Source of the DNA: Candidatus Nomurabacteria bacterium
Lineage (GTDB): Bacteria > Patescibacteriota > Minisyncoccia > Phycocordibacterales > UBA9973
Length of the DNA stretch: 64,000 nt
Direction: 5' to 3'
Assembly: GCA_026395965.1 (NCBI GenBank)
Contig: JAPLXS010000004.1
Span: 686 to 64,685, forward strand
The stretch's first letter is position 1. Each line of letters starts with the position of its first letter. The notes below the pieces were generated by a model. The model did no database searches and was not told the DNA's origin. It worked only from the letters and a program-made list of their open reading frames with translations. The position numbers and the translations under genes were made by a program. Below are positions 10,154 through 20,413 of this stretch, piece after piece.

Positions 10154-11365
10154 ATGTTATACAATTACGAGGCACTTACAAGTACAGGAGAAAAAAAGAC
10201 TGGAACCATAGATACAGGTTCCAAGGACTTAGCTATTGCAGCTATTCAGCGTAGAGGTTTGATTCTTTCTTCCATCAAAGAAGATACAGGCAAAAAAGGA
10301 TTTTTAAATATATCATTTTTCAATACGGGGAGTGTTCCTATGAAAGATATCGTGATAATGTCTAGACAAATGTCTACTCTTTTCGAATCACAAGTTGCTG
10401 CACTAAAAGCATTTAACCTACTTTCAGAAAATACTGCAAATAAATACCTAGCAAACATACTATCTATAGTTGCCGAGGATATTAAATCCGGAGTATATAT
10501 ATCTGTTGCTTTATCAAAACACCCCAAAGTATTTTCTGACTTTTATGTGAACATGGTTAAGTCAGGAGAAGAATCAGGTAAACTCACACAGACTTTTTCT
10601 TATCTTGCAGACTATCTTGATCGTCAGTATCAACTTTCATCAAAGACTAAAAATGCTCTTATATACCCAGGGTTCGTTATTGGAGTTTTCTTTATTGTTA
10701 TGACAATGATGTTTGTTTTTATTATCCCAAAACTTACTTCTATTATTAAAGAGTCAGGAATGGCAATACCATTTTTTACAAAGATTATAATGGCAACCAG
10801 TGATTTCCTTATAAATTATGGAATTATCTTATTGATAGGACTAGCAATTTTTGTTGTATATATTGTTCGTTTTTCTAGTAGTGAAAGTGGAAAAATGTAT
10901 TTTGATAGATTGAAAATAACACTACCAGTTTTTAAAAATATATATTCAAAGCTTTATCTTGCTCGTATTTCAGATAATATGGATACAATGCTTTCGTCTA
11001 GTATACCTATCGTTCGTGCGATAGAGCTTACTGGTGCAGTGACAGGCAATAGAGTATATGAACAAATATTAAAAGACGTTGCAGATTCTGTAAAATCCGG
11101 TAGCTCTCTGTCAGAAGCTTTTGGAAAACATAGCGAGATACCAAGTATAATGTCAGGTATGATTCGTGTGGGGGAAGAAACAGGCTCTATTGGTAATATT
11201 TTGAAAACTTTAGGACATTTTTATACTAGAGAAGTAAATGATGCCGTCGACACTATGGTTAGTTTGATCGAACCTATCATGATTATAATGCTAGGTCTTG
11301 GGGTTGGAATACTTCTTGCTGCGATTTTGATGCCTATTTATGATATCGCTGGAGGTATAAGTTAG
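10154..11365 (+). CDS. pilC: type IV pilus inner-membrane platform protein PilC (GspF family)
   Basis: Two GspF repeats with three TM segments. Confidence 0.85.
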   Translation: MLYNYEALTSTGEKKTGTIDTGSKDLAIAAIQRRGLILSSIKEDTGKKGFLNISFFNTGSVPMKDIVIMSRQMSTLFESQVAALKAFNLLSENTANKYLANILSIVAEDIKSGVYISVALSKHPKVFSDFYVNMVKSGEESGKLTQTFSYLADYLDRQYQLSSKTKNALIYPGFVIGVFFIVMTMMFVFIIPKLTSIIKESGMAIPFFTKIIMATSDFLINYGIILLIGLAIFVVYIVRFSSSESGKMYFDRLKITLPVFKNIYSKLYLARISDNMDTMLSSSIPIVRAIELTGAVTGNRVYEQILKDVADSVKSGSSLSEAFGKHSEIPSIMSGMIRVGEETGSIGNILKTLGHFYTREVNDAVDTMVSLIEPIMIIMLGLGVGILLAAILMPIYDIAGGIS

Positions 11366-11561
11366 AAATAAGTTTGCTTTAATTGATTATATGATATAAT
11401 GATTAAAGTTAAATGATTAAAAGTAGAGTCGCGTCTTTTTACAAAGATAAATTATTAAAATTAAATTAATGTCGTATTTCAATTGTCGCCATGCGGCTTT
11501 GATTTAAATCAAACAGATAAGTTTAGGGGATTATCATTCTAAACTATCTATATAAAAATAT

Positions 11562-12062
11562 ATGAATAAAAATAAAGGTTTTACACTTATTGAATTGTTG
11601 GTTGTTATTGCTATTATCGGTATCTTGTCTTCAGTTGTTTTAGCCTCATTAAACACAGCTCGTACTAAAGGATCTGATGCTGCTGTTAAGTCAAACCTAT
11701 CAAACATGAGAGCTCAAGCAGAACTTCAGTACAATGAATATGGTTGTTATACAGTCTCAGGAGCATGTAATGCTACAACACCAGCTGCTGTTGCTGCGGG
11801 TGCTTGTGTTGCTACTGCTAGTACTCTTTTTGCTCAGACAAATATTTCATCTGCAATTACATCTGCATTAAATGCTGGTGGAGGACTTTCTTCTTGTAAG
11901 TCATCAGTTGGAGGAGGTGCATGGGCTACAATAGTGCAAGAAAAGTCAGCAACAAAATCATGGTGCGTAGATAGTACTGGAGCTTCAAAAGAAATAACAA
12001 TTCCTGCTTCTCCTCTCCAGTCAGATTTAGATGGGCATCTTTCTACTGGTGCTTGTGTATAA
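11562..12062 (+). CDS. type IV pilin (major pilin candidate)
   Basis: Prepilin leader and N-methylation motif KGFTLIELLVVIAIIGIL; Cys pairs in the C-terminal region. Confidence 0.85.
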   Translation: MNKNKGFTLIELLVVIAIIGILSSVVLASLNTARTKGSDAAVKSNLSNMRAQAELQYNEYGCYTVSGACNATTPAAVAAGACVATASTLFAQTNISSAITSALNAGGGLSSCKSSVGGGAWATIVQEKSATKSWCVDSTGASKEITIPASPLQSDLDGHLSTGACV

Positions 12063-12081
12063 TCATAAATTTTAAATTAAA

Positions 12082-12105
12082 AAACCACCTTCGGGTGGTT
12101 TTTTA
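12082..12105 (+). terminator. rho-independent terminator after the pilin gene
   Basis: aaaaccaccttcgggtggtttttt. Confidence 0.7.
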
Positions 12106-12134
12106 ATTATATTTTTATGAAGTATAAAAATACA

Positions 12135-12250
12135 TTTGCTTATGCTCTTCGTTTGTTGTTATATGGGGTACCATAGAACAACAGCGTTCGGACATTATGC
12201 AAATTAAAGATTACTTTATTTGCATATGCTCCTCACTTGTTGTTATAATA
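12135..12250. repeat. 116-bp conserved intergenic element, copy B
   Basis: 97% identical to 8574-8689; ends 5 nt before the pilD ATG. Confidence 0.8.
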
Positions 12251-12255
12251 TACAC

Positions 12256-13068
12256 ATGTATATACTAATATTTGCATTCATTTTTTTAATAGGTACTATT
12301 ATTGGAAGTTTTTTAAATGTAGTTATTTATAGATTTAATACAGGTATGACTCTAGTAAACGGAAGATCTATTTGTATGACTTGCAACAGAAATCTTAGAT
12401 GGTTTGAGCTTATACCAGTTTTAAGTTTTTTGATTCAGTCTGGTAAATGCCGTCGTTGTGAGAGCAAGATATCTCATCAGTATCCTATTGTTGAATTTTT
12501 GACTGGTGTTGTATTTACTCTCGTTGCATACAAATTTATGCCAATTTTATACTTTTCAAGCCAAATGTATTTTTCTCTTGTTTTGTTATATATGTTTATG
12601 TTTTCTGTTTTAATAGTTATTTCTGTATATGATTTACGTCATAAAATAATCCCAGACAAATTGGTTATTATATTTATCATTTCTGCATTTTTATCTATGT
12701 TTATAAATTCATCTCCATTTGGACCTCTATTTATAATCCCATCATACGCTGCTCTAGTTTCTGGACCTATGCTAGCTTTGCCTTTTGCTCTACTTTGGTT
12801 GTTTTCAAAGGGGCGTCTTATGGGTCTAGGGGACGGGAAACTAGTTTTAGGTATTGGATGGATGCTTGGACTTTCTTCGGGTATCTTTATGGCAGTATTA
12901 TCATTTTGGATTGGTACTATCGTAAGTGTTGCTTTGATATTTTTATCCAAAAATAAAATAAATATGAAGTCAGAAATACCATTTGCACCATTTCTTATTG
13001 TAAGTGCACTTATTGTATTTATTTTTAATTTAGATGTTTTTTCTTTAATTAGATTATTTAGTATATAA
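12256..13068 (+). CDS. pilD: prepilin peptidase PilD (A24 family)
   Basis: Zinc-binding CxxC...CxxC tetrad (CMTCNRNL ... CRRCESKI) and polytopic TM body; start corrected to MYILIF because the upstream 12 codons derive from the repeat. Confidence 0.85.
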   Translation: MYILIFAFIFLIGTIIGSFLNVVIYRFNTGMTLVNGRSICMTCNRNLRWFELIPVLSFLIQSGKCRRCESKISHQYPIVEFLTGVVFTLVAYKFMPILYFSSQMYFSLVLLYMFMFSVLIVISVYDLRHKIIPDKLVIIFIISAFLSMFINSSPFGPLFIIPSYAALVSGPMLALPFALLWLFSKGRLMGLGDGKLVLGIGWMLGLSSGIFMAVLSFWIGTIVSVALIFLSKNKINMKSEIPFAPFLIVSALIVFIFNLDVFSLIRLFSI

Positions 13069-13085
13069 TTAATTTTATATTTAAA

Positions 13086-13757
13086 ATGTTCAAAAATTTT
13101 GATAATGTAAAATACAACAAAGGAGTAACCCTTATTGAGTTATTAGTTGTTATTTTTATATTTGTTGTAATTTCTGGAATTACTATTTTTGATTATGGTA
13201 AATTTAAATCATCTCTATCTATACAAAATCTTGCAGATGACATAGCTCTTTCTGTGCGAAAAGCTCAAGGGTATGCCATAGGTGTGCATAGATCAAGTAG
13301 TGTTTTTGATACTGGTTATGGAATTCATTTTTCTGTGAATCAAGAGAACTTAGGTTCTGGTAGGTACTCTGGAACAGATAAATCATTCGTTATATTTTCT
13401 GATATAAACAATGATAAAATATATGATTATGGTGAAAATTGTGGAACTCCAGCTACTGGTGATGAGTGTCTTGAACTATTAAATATATCAAGTATCGATA
13501 AGATAATAGGTATAAGATACTATGATGGTCATGTTCTTAGTGATACATTAACTAAAACAAAAAATACTCTAGATATTGTTTTCAAACGACCCAACCCAGA
13601 ACCAACATTTTGCTATAAGAATGATGGAAGCGATTCTGCCTGTGACACTATACCAGGTCTTTCTTATGTACAGGTTATAATATCAAGTAATACTATTCCT
13701 GCTGTTACCAAAACAATAACGATTTCAAACAGTGGTCAGATAAGTGTTGCAAATTAA
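13086..13757 (+). CDS. minor pilin / pseudopilin
   Basis: KGVTLIELLVVIFIF prepilin N-terminus. Confidence 0.7.
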   Translation: MFKNFDNVKYNKGVTLIELLVVIFIFVVISGITIFDYGKFKSSLSIQNLADDIALSVRKAQGYAIGVHRSSSVFDTGYGIHFSVNQENLGSGRYSGTDKSFVIFSDINNDKIYDYGENCGTPATGDECLELLNISSIDKIIGIRYYDGHVLSDTLTKTKNTLDIVFKRPNPEPTFCYKNDGSDSACDTIPGLSYVQVIISSNTIPAVTKTITISNSGQISVAN

Positions 13758-13760
13758 TAA

Positions 13761-14348
13761 ATGAAAATAAATAATAAAAAAACAAATAGGGGATTTACTT
13801 TGATAGAGCTTATGGTTGCAACCTCTATTTTTGTGGTTATAATGCTTGCTTCTATGGGGGCACTATTTACTCTTTTGGATGCATCCAAAACTTCAAGAGC
13901 CTTACGTTTTGCTATGGATAATGTCAATTTTGCAATGGAGAGTATGACTCGTTCTATCCGTATGGGTACAGATTATTATTGTGCTCCAGCTGAGACTGGA
14001 GCCTCTCCCGAATTAATTCCTGTTTCTACTCAGGATTGTGTACCACCAGAAGTTAATAGTGGTACTTTAATTGCATTCAAACCTCAAGATCCATCTGCTA
14101 CAAATAAAATACTTTATCAGTTAGACAGTGTAACTAAATCAATTCAGGTTATGAAAGACGGTTCAACATGGACATCTATCACATCACCAGATGTTCAGAT
14201 AGATAGATTGAGGTTTATTGTAAAAGGCTCTGCCCCCGATGATAATATACAGCCAAGTGTTTATATAATAATGAAAGGAACGGTTCTTGTAAAAGGTATT
14301 CCGACATCTTTTGCAATACAAACACTAGCCTCACAACGCAATTTCTAA
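13761..14348 (+). CDS. minor pilin / pseudopilin
   Basis: NRGFTLIELMVATSIFVVIM prepilin N-terminus. Confidence 0.7.
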   Translation: MKINNKKTNRGFTLIELMVATSIFVVIMLASMGALFTLLDASKTSRALRFAMDNVNFAMESMTRSIRMGTDYYCAPAETGASPELIPVSTQDCVPPEVNSGTLIAFKPQDPSATNKILYQLDSVTKSIQVMKDGSTWTSITSPDVQIDRLRFIVKGSAPDDNIQPSVYIIMKGTVLVKGIPTSFAIQTLASQRNF

Positions 14349-14353
14349 ATAAT

Positions 14354-14929
14354 ATGACCAATAAATTTACAAAAAAAAATAGTGGATTTACTTTAGTAGA
14401 AGCGATGGTTGCAGTTCTTATACTGACTCTAACCGTAGCTAGTCTTATGACTGTTGTTGCAAATAGTTTATTTACTGCTAGATATGCTAGTGATGATATA
14501 ACCGCTAGTTATCTCATGCAGGAAGCTGTAGACTATATAAGAAATGATCGTGATTCAAGTATTTTCTTGCAAAATTCTACTTGGGATGAATTCAAACATA
14601 AATATGATAATTGTTTACCTGAAGTAAATGGGTGTTATCTTGATGTAGTAAATAAAGAAGGAACTGAGCCATTGCCTGCACCATATTTTGTTAGTACTCA
14701 TTATTTGTATTATGATGACCATGCCGAGACTACTCCATATTATGTTACTGATACAGGACCTGATTCTATATCAGGTATGCTCAAAACTAGTTTTCAAAGA
14801 AAAATAGTTGTAACTAATATGCCAGAAACACCAGATGAGATGGATATAGCAGTTACAGTTACATGGCTAAATGGTGGTTCAGTCAAAACAAGAACTCTCA
14901 CGTCTACTCTGACAAATTGGCAACAATAA
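14354..14929 (+). CDS. minor pilin (PilV/FimT-like)
   Basis: NSGFTLVEAMVAVLILT prepilin N-terminus. Confidence 0.7.
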   Translation: MTNKFTKKNSGFTLVEAMVAVLILTLTVASLMTVVANSLFTARYASDDITASYLMQEAVDYIRNDRDSSIFLQNSTWDEFKHKYDNCLPEVNGCYLDVVNKEGTEPLPAPYFVSTHYLYYDDHAETTPYYVTDTGPDSISGMLKTSFQRKIVVTNMPETPDEMDIAVTVTWLNGGSVKTRTLTSTLTNWQQ

Positions 14930-14977
14930 TTTGTGAGATAAGATTTATTGCAGATTCGTTTCAATTGTTCATAAAAT

Positions 14978-15547
14978 ATGAAAAAAAATATTATACAAAA
15001 AAATATAAAAAACATTAAAATAAGTGCATCGAGATTTTTTTCTAGTTTAATAACTAAAAAACAAAATGGATATGCAATTTTATTTACTGTTGTTATAGTT
15101 AGTGCTATTGCTGTAATCAGCGCAGGTCTCTCTAGTACAGCATACAAACAGCTGATTCTTTCTTCTCTTGCAAAAGATTCTCAGACTGCATTTTACCAAG
15201 CAGATTCTGCTGATGATTGTGCTTTGTATGCAGACAGAGTGGAGAGAGCTATCACTCCAACAAATCTTTTCACAGTAGGAGGAGGTGCTTTTGCTTGCGG
15301 TAATCAAAACTCAATCTTAACTGCAGGTGGAAGTGAAGGAGATGAATTCGGAAATACTTTTACTACAGACACAATATACCCATCAGATGAAACATCTCTA
15401 AGTCCTTGTTTTAGAATAGAAATATCTAAAACTACAAACCCGGTAGGTTTAATTAAAACAAAAATATCGTCAAAGGGTTATAATCTTTGTGACAAAAACA
15501 ACATAAGAACAGTAGAGCGTGAGATTGTAGTTAATTTTGAAGAGTAA
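14978..15547 (+). CDS. PilX-like pilus-associated protein
   Basis: Hydrophobic N-terminal helix NGYAILFTVVIVSAIAV without a canonical G-F cleavage site; synteny. Confidence 0.45.
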   Translation: MKKNIIQKNIKNIKISASRFFSSLITKKQNGYAILFTVVIVSAIAVISAGLSSTAYKQLILSSLAKDSQTAFYQADSADDCALYADRVERAITPTNLFTVGGGAFACGNQNSILTAGGSEGDEFGNTFTTDTIYPSDETSLSPCFRIEISKTTNPVGLIKTKISSKGYNLCDKNNIRTVEREIVVNFEE

Positions 15548-17711
15548 TACCATGAAAGACCAAGATGCTAAAAACCGAATACAAAAACTTCGGGAAGAAA
15601 TTTCTCGTTTAAGATTCCTTTATCATGTAGAAGATTCTCCAGATGTTACAGATGATGTCTATGATTCTCTAAATAATGAGCTTAAATCTCTATTAGAAAA
15701 GTATCCTGAATATGTAGATATAAATGCTCCAGAAAACAGAGTAGGAGGTAAACCTCTCGACAAATTTACAAAAGTTAAACATGAGATAAGAATGCTTTCC
15801 ATGAATGATGTTTTTTCATTTCCTGAAGTATTAGAATGGGAAAATAGAATTTCTAAAATTACAAACAAAAAACACTCATATTTTTGTGAATTAAAGTTAG
15901 ATGGATTGTCCGCCTCTCTTATATATAAAGATGGATTATTTGTAGAAGGTTCTACTCGCGGGGATGGTTGGATAGGTGAAGACGTAACAGAAAATCTAAA
16001 AATGATAGATACTATTCCACTTCAACTTGAGGCTCCATATCCACCTTACTTAGAGATACGTGGGGAAGTGGTAATGCAAAAGAAGGTTTGGTTGTCTTTA
16101 AATAAAATACAAGAAAAGGAAGGCAAGCAACCTTTTGCAAATACCAGAAACGCAGCAGCAGGTAGCTTGCGACAGCTCGACCCAAAGATTGCAAGACAAA
16201 GAAAGCTTGATTTTTTTGCATGGGATTTAACTCAATTTAAAAATATAAATGAAGAATTACGAATTAAAAATCACTCTGAAAAACATGACTTACTGAGAAA
16301 ACTTGGATTTAAGGTTCCTCCTTATGAAAAAAAAGCAGAAACACCTGAGCAGGTTTTTGCATTTATTGAAGAGGTTGAAAAAATACGTCAAAACTTGCCT
16401 TATGGTACAGATGGTATTGTTGTATCCATAGACGAGCTTGAATTACAAGAAAATCTAGGAGTTGTAGGAAAAGCACCACGTTATATGGTTGCATATAAAT
16501 ACCAAGCAGAGCGTGCCACAACTATACTCAAAGACATTACGGTCAACGTAGGACGCACAGGAGTACTTACACCTGTAGCACATTTCAACCCAACACTCGT
16601 AGCCGGTTCTACTGTTTCAAAAGCTACACTTCACAATATAGACCAGATAAATAGACTCGATATTCGTATTGGTGATACTGTTGTAATACAAAAAGCAGGA
16701 GATGTGATACCTGAAGTAGTAGAAGTTCTTTCCAATATGAGAACAGGTAAAGAAAAGAAATTTAAAATGCCAGAAAATTGCCCTGTGTGCGAATCAAAAG
16801 TTGAACAGAGGCAAGCTGGGGTTATAGGAAATTATATAAGCAAGGCCGGAATCAAACAAAGCTCCTCTTCGCAAATGAATTTAACCCCCCGACTAAGAAA
16901 AAGTTCTATGAGTAATGGTCTGGCACCTCTCCTCCCTCGTCCGAGGACCTTACAAAGAGAAGCTTTTTCTGAATCGGGGGGAATTTCCGTTGCTTTTTAC
17001 TGCACCAATAAAAATTGTCCTGCACGCAGCAGAAGAGGCCTACAGCACTTTGTAAACATTTTTGAAATCTACGAGATAGGTCCTAGGATTCTAGATAGAT
17101 TAAAAGACGAAGGTTTGGTAAGTGACGGGGCAGACCTATTTACACTTGAGAAAGCAGATTTATCAGGACTTGAGCGCTTTGGAGAAAAGTCAGCAGATAA
17201 TATTATTTCCTCAATACAATTACACAAAAAGATTTCTCTTTGGAGATTTATATATTCTCTGGGAATAATTCACGTAGGAGAGCAGACAGCTCGCGACCTA
17301 GCTGATCATTTTGGAAAATTAGAAAAAATAATATCCTCTAGTGTTGATGAAATAAATTCAATCGCAAATATTGGACCAGTAGTGTCACAAAGTGTTTATG
17401 AGTATTTCCACGATAAAACAAATATTCATTTTATAGAAAAACTTATAGACAACGGAGTCTCTATTTATCACGAGAAAGTAAAGAGTTTAAAACTTTCTGG
17501 TAAGACTTTTGTCCTTACAGGTACTCTATCTACTATGTCTCGCAATGATGCAAAGAAAAAGATTATTGATATGGGTGGAAGTGTAGCCTCTTCTGTATCT
17601 TCAAATACTAGTTATGTTATAAAAGGAGATAAGCCAGGAAGCAAGTACGATGAAGCCCTAGCTTTAGGAGTAAAAGTTCTAACTGAAAATGAGTTTTTAA
17701 AAATAATCTAG
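15537..17711 (+). CDS. ligA: NAD-dependent DNA ligase LigA
   Basis: Adenylation domain, OB fold, Zn finger CPVC...CTNKNC, HhH and C-terminal BRCT; carries an in-frame insertion in the Zn finger. Confidence 0.9.
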   Translation: MKSNTMKDQDAKNRIQKLREEISRLRFLYHVEDSPDVTDDVYDSLNNELKSLLEKYPEYVDINAPENRVGGKPLDKFTKVKHEIRMLSMNDVFSFPEVLEWENRISKITNKKHSYFCELKLDGLSASLIYKDGLFVEGSTRGDGWIGEDVTENLKMIDTIPLQLEAPYPPYLEIRGEVVMQKKVWLSLNKIQEKEGKQPFANTRNAAAGSLRQLDPKIARQRKLDFFAWDLTQFKNINEELRIKNHSEKHDLLRKLGFKVPPYEKKAETPEQVFAFIEEVEKIRQNLPYGTDGIVVSIDELELQENLGVVGKAPRYMVAYKYQAERATTILKDITVNVGRTGVLTPVAHFNPTLVAGSTVSKATLHNIDQINRLDIRIGDTVVIQKAGDVIPEVVEVLSNMRTGKEKKFKMPENCPVCESKVEQRQAGVIGNYISKAGIKQSSSSQMNLTPRLRKSSMSNGLAPLLPRPRTLQREAFSESGGISVAFYCTNKNCPARSRRGLQHFVNIFEIYEIGPRILDRLKDEGLVSDGADLFTLEKADLSGLERFGEKSADNIISSIQLHKKISLWRFIYSLGIIHVGEQTARDLADHFGKLEKIISSSVDEINSIANIGPVVSQSVYEYFHDKTNIHFIEKLIDNGVSIYHEKVKSLKLSGKTFVLTGTLSTMSRNDAKKKIIDMGGSVASSVSSNTSYVIKGDKPGSKYDEALALGVKVLTENEFLKII
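16881..16985. repeat. GC-rich imperfect palindromic insertion inside the ligA coding sequence
   Basis: ccccccga at 16885-16892 pairs with tcgggggg at 16974-16981; the roughly 30-bp arms are mutual reverse complements at about 75%; local GC about 50% against about 32% genome. Confidence 0.5.
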
Positions 17712-17841
17712 ATATGCTATTCTAATAATACTTGTCCCGTAGTAAATTTTTGATTAATTAAAATAAACAAATTAACTGAAATATTAAAATACGATACAAG
17801 GAGTGTTTATATATAATTTACTATTAAAATTTACTACTGGG

Positions 17842-18138
17842 ATGCAACTAGAAGATATAAAGAAATTGGCAGATTTAGCTCGTATTGATATGAGTGAAGA
17901 AGAAATGGTAAAAATCGCAAAAGATTTTGATCCTATTTTGGCATATGTTGGACAAGTTCAAGAAGCTCTTAAATTGAGCGAAGAAATTTCAGCAGATAAA
18001 AAACCAGAAGATTACTTTTTACATAATGTTATGCGCGAAGATATTGTTACAAATACTCGAGCAGAATACACAGAAAAGATAACAGCAGAAATGCCAGATA
18101 CACAAGATGGGTTTCTAAAAGTTAAACAAATACTGTAA
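17842..18138 (+). CDS. gatC: Asp/Glu-tRNA amidotransferase subunit C
   Basis: About 98 aa, D(I/L)KKLA.LARI ... EE N-terminus typical of GatC, immediately upstream of gatA; start moved to the internal ATG. Confidence 0.8.
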   Translation: MQLEDIKKLADLARIDMSEEEMVKIAKDFDPILAYVGQVQEALKLSEEISADKKPEDYFLHNVMREDIVTNTRAEYTEKITAEMPDTQDGFLKVKQIL

Positions 18139-18188
18139 ATCATCTTTGTTGTCCGTGTACAAATTTTTAGAAAAGGTAATTAATAAAT

Positions 18189-19625
18189 ATGAATACAAAA
18201 ATAAACTTAGAAAATCTAACAATAGAAAAAGCACATAACTCTCTTAAGAGTGGGGAATACACAGTTACAGAACTTGTGAATGCTTATTTGAATGTTATTA
18301 AAGAAAAGAATAATGAAATAAATGCATATAGAGAAGTATATAGTGACGTACTTGAGCAAGCTCTAGTCGCCGAGGAGATGTTCAAAAATGGAACTGCTAC
18401 ACTTATGACAGGTATTCCACTTGCTCTCAAAGACAATATGCTAGTAGACGGACACATTGCTTCTGCTTCATCTTTGATACTTGAAAATTACAAGGCTACT
18501 TATGATGCAGGTATTATAAAACAACTCAAAAATCAAGGTGCAGTTTTCCTAGGTAGAACCAATATGGATGAATTTGCTATGGGGTCTTCTACTGAAAATA
18601 GTGCATTTGGAAATACAAAAAACCCCCTAGATACTTCTCGTGTTCCAGGTGGTTCTTCTGGTGGTTCAGTGGCTGCAGTAGCTATGAATGGTACTCTCGT
18701 GTCCCTAGGAAGTGATACAGGTGGTTCTATACGCCAGCCTGCAGCTTTCTGCGGTTTGGTTGGATTAAAGCCTTCTTATGGAACTGTTTCTCGTTTCGGA
18801 ATTATATCAATGGGAAGCTCACTCGACCAAGTAGGTCCTTTTGGAAAAACAGTAAGAGATGCCGAAATTCTTTTCAATGCAATAAATGGTTACGATGAAA
18901 ATGATGGAACTTCTATAAAAAAAGAAAACAGATTACAATCCACCCCACTCAAAAAGAAGATAGGAGTACCTCGCTCTTTCCTCTCTGGAGATGGAACTGA
19001 TAAAGAAATAATGAAAAACTTTGAGGAAAGTTGTAAAAAGTTAGAAGCTGCTGGATATGAGATAGTAGATGTTTCACTTCCTTTGATCAAATACTCACTT
19101 GCGGTTTATTATATTATATCTCCAGCAGAAGTTTCTAGTAACTTGGCACGGTACGATGGTATTCGCTATGGATTGCATGAAGATGGCAAAAATCTTTATG
19201 AAGTATATACAAAGACCAGAGGAAAGGGTTTTGGAAAAGAAGTCCGTAGAAGAATATTGCTCGGAACATATATACTTTCTCATGGTTATTATGATGCCTA
19301 CTACAACACTGCAATAAAAGTACGTGATGCTATCAAAGATGAATTGACCAATATATTTTTAGAAGTAGATGCCATCATCACACCTACATCACCTATGATG
19401 CCTTTCAAATTTGGTGAAAAATCTGCAGATCCGATAAGCATGTACTTGGCGGATTTATTTTCTGTCCCTGCAAATATAGCTGGAATTCCTGCAGTATCTA
19501 TACCATCAGGGAAAAATGAACAAGGTTTACCTTTTGGTTTACATATCATGGCACCATTTTTACGTGAAGACATACTATTTACTATTGGGAAAGATTTTGA
19601 AAAACAAGCCCCACACAAAATTTAA
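18189..19625 (+). CDS. gatA: Glu-tRNA(Gln) amidotransferase subunit A
   Basis: Amidase signature GGSSGGSVAAVA with Ser-cisSer-Lys triad context. Confidence 0.9.
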   Translation: MNTKINLENLTIEKAHNSLKSGEYTVTELVNAYLNVIKEKNNEINAYREVYSDVLEQALVAEEMFKNGTATLMTGIPLALKDNMLVDGHIASASSLILENYKATYDAGIIKQLKNQGAVFLGRTNMDEFAMGSSTENSAFGNTKNPLDTSRVPGGSSGGSVAAVAMNGTLVSLGSDTGGSIRQPAAFCGLVGLKPSYGTVSRFGIISMGSSLDQVGPFGKTVRDAEILFNAINGYDENDGTSIKKENRLQSTPLKKKIGVPRSFLSGDGTDKEIMKNFEESCKKLEAAGYEIVDVSLPLIKYSLAVYYIISPAEVSSNLARYDGIRYGLHEDGKNLYEVYTKTRGKGFGKEVRRRILLGTYILSHGYYDAYYNTAIKVRDAIKDELTNIFLEVDAIITPTSPMMPFKFGEKSADPISMYLADLFSVPANIAGIPAVSIPSGKNEQGLPFGLHIMAPFLREDILFTIGKDFEKQAPHKI

Positions 19626-19727
19626 CAAATAAACCACGCAATGGTATATTGTAAGTAGTGATGATGCACACTCTGATTAATTTTAAGGTAATGTTTAAAT
19701 TTTAAACGGGGTAAATATAATAAAATT

Positions 19728-20339
19728 ATGGAGCAAACAGTAATACAAACAACTTTAAATAAACCTCTTTTTGATCCAAATTATTTAAATATTGAATATG
19801 TATTTAGTAAAATAATCGAATATACAAAATCTCTGACAGATCTTTTGTCTGACCCAAATACATGGAGTACTCTAGGTGTGATTTCGGCTGTGTTGTCTAT
19901 TATTATAATAGCGATTATTATATTTTCGCTTATTAGATTGATAGAAATTCAGATTTATGACAAAGAAGAAATAGATCACGAAATACATTCCGCCGCTTTG
20001 AGAGAAAAAGAAAGAAATAGAAATGCAAATCCTAGATGGCATTATATTCAAACTCTTTCTGAGAGTCCAAATGAATCTGACTGGAGAGTTTCTATTATAG
20101 AGGCAGATTCTATGATGGAAGAAGTTCTAAAAGCCAATGGTCTTTCTGGTTCAACAGCTAGTGAACTCTTAGAAGGAGCCAAAGAAAGTGGGTATAGAAG
20201 TATTCAGGATGCATGGAGTGCACATCTCATAAGAAACAAAATAGCACACGAAGGTTCAGACTACCCACTCAGTCAGGTAGAGGGAAGACGAGTTATAAAG
20301 ATGTATCAAAACTTTTTTGAAGAACTCAGGGTTATATAA
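19728..20339 (+). CDS. hypothetical membrane protein
   Basis: Single TM, no motif. Confidence 0.45.
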   Translation: MEQTVIQTTLNKPLFDPNYLNIEYVFSKIIEYTKSLTDLLSDPNTWSTLGVISAVLSIIIIAIIIFSLIRLIEIQIYDKEEIDHEIHSAALREKERNRNANPRWHYIQTLSESPNESDWRVSIIEADSMMEEVLKANGLSGSTASELLEGAKESGYRSIQDAWSAHLIRNKIAHEGSDYPLSQVEGRRVIKMYQNFFEELRVI

Positions 20340-20413
20340 GCAAACAATATTGCGCTATTTTCATATTTATGTTATAATACGACAAAAATATTGAACCTAT
20401 AAAAACAAAAAAT

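Noticed and set aside
16915-16925. Shared 9-mer ggtctggca between the ligA insertion and the tRNA-Gln 3' end, as evidence for a common mobile element
   Set aside because: One 9-mer match in a 64-kb window is expected by chance, and no extended similarity is present.
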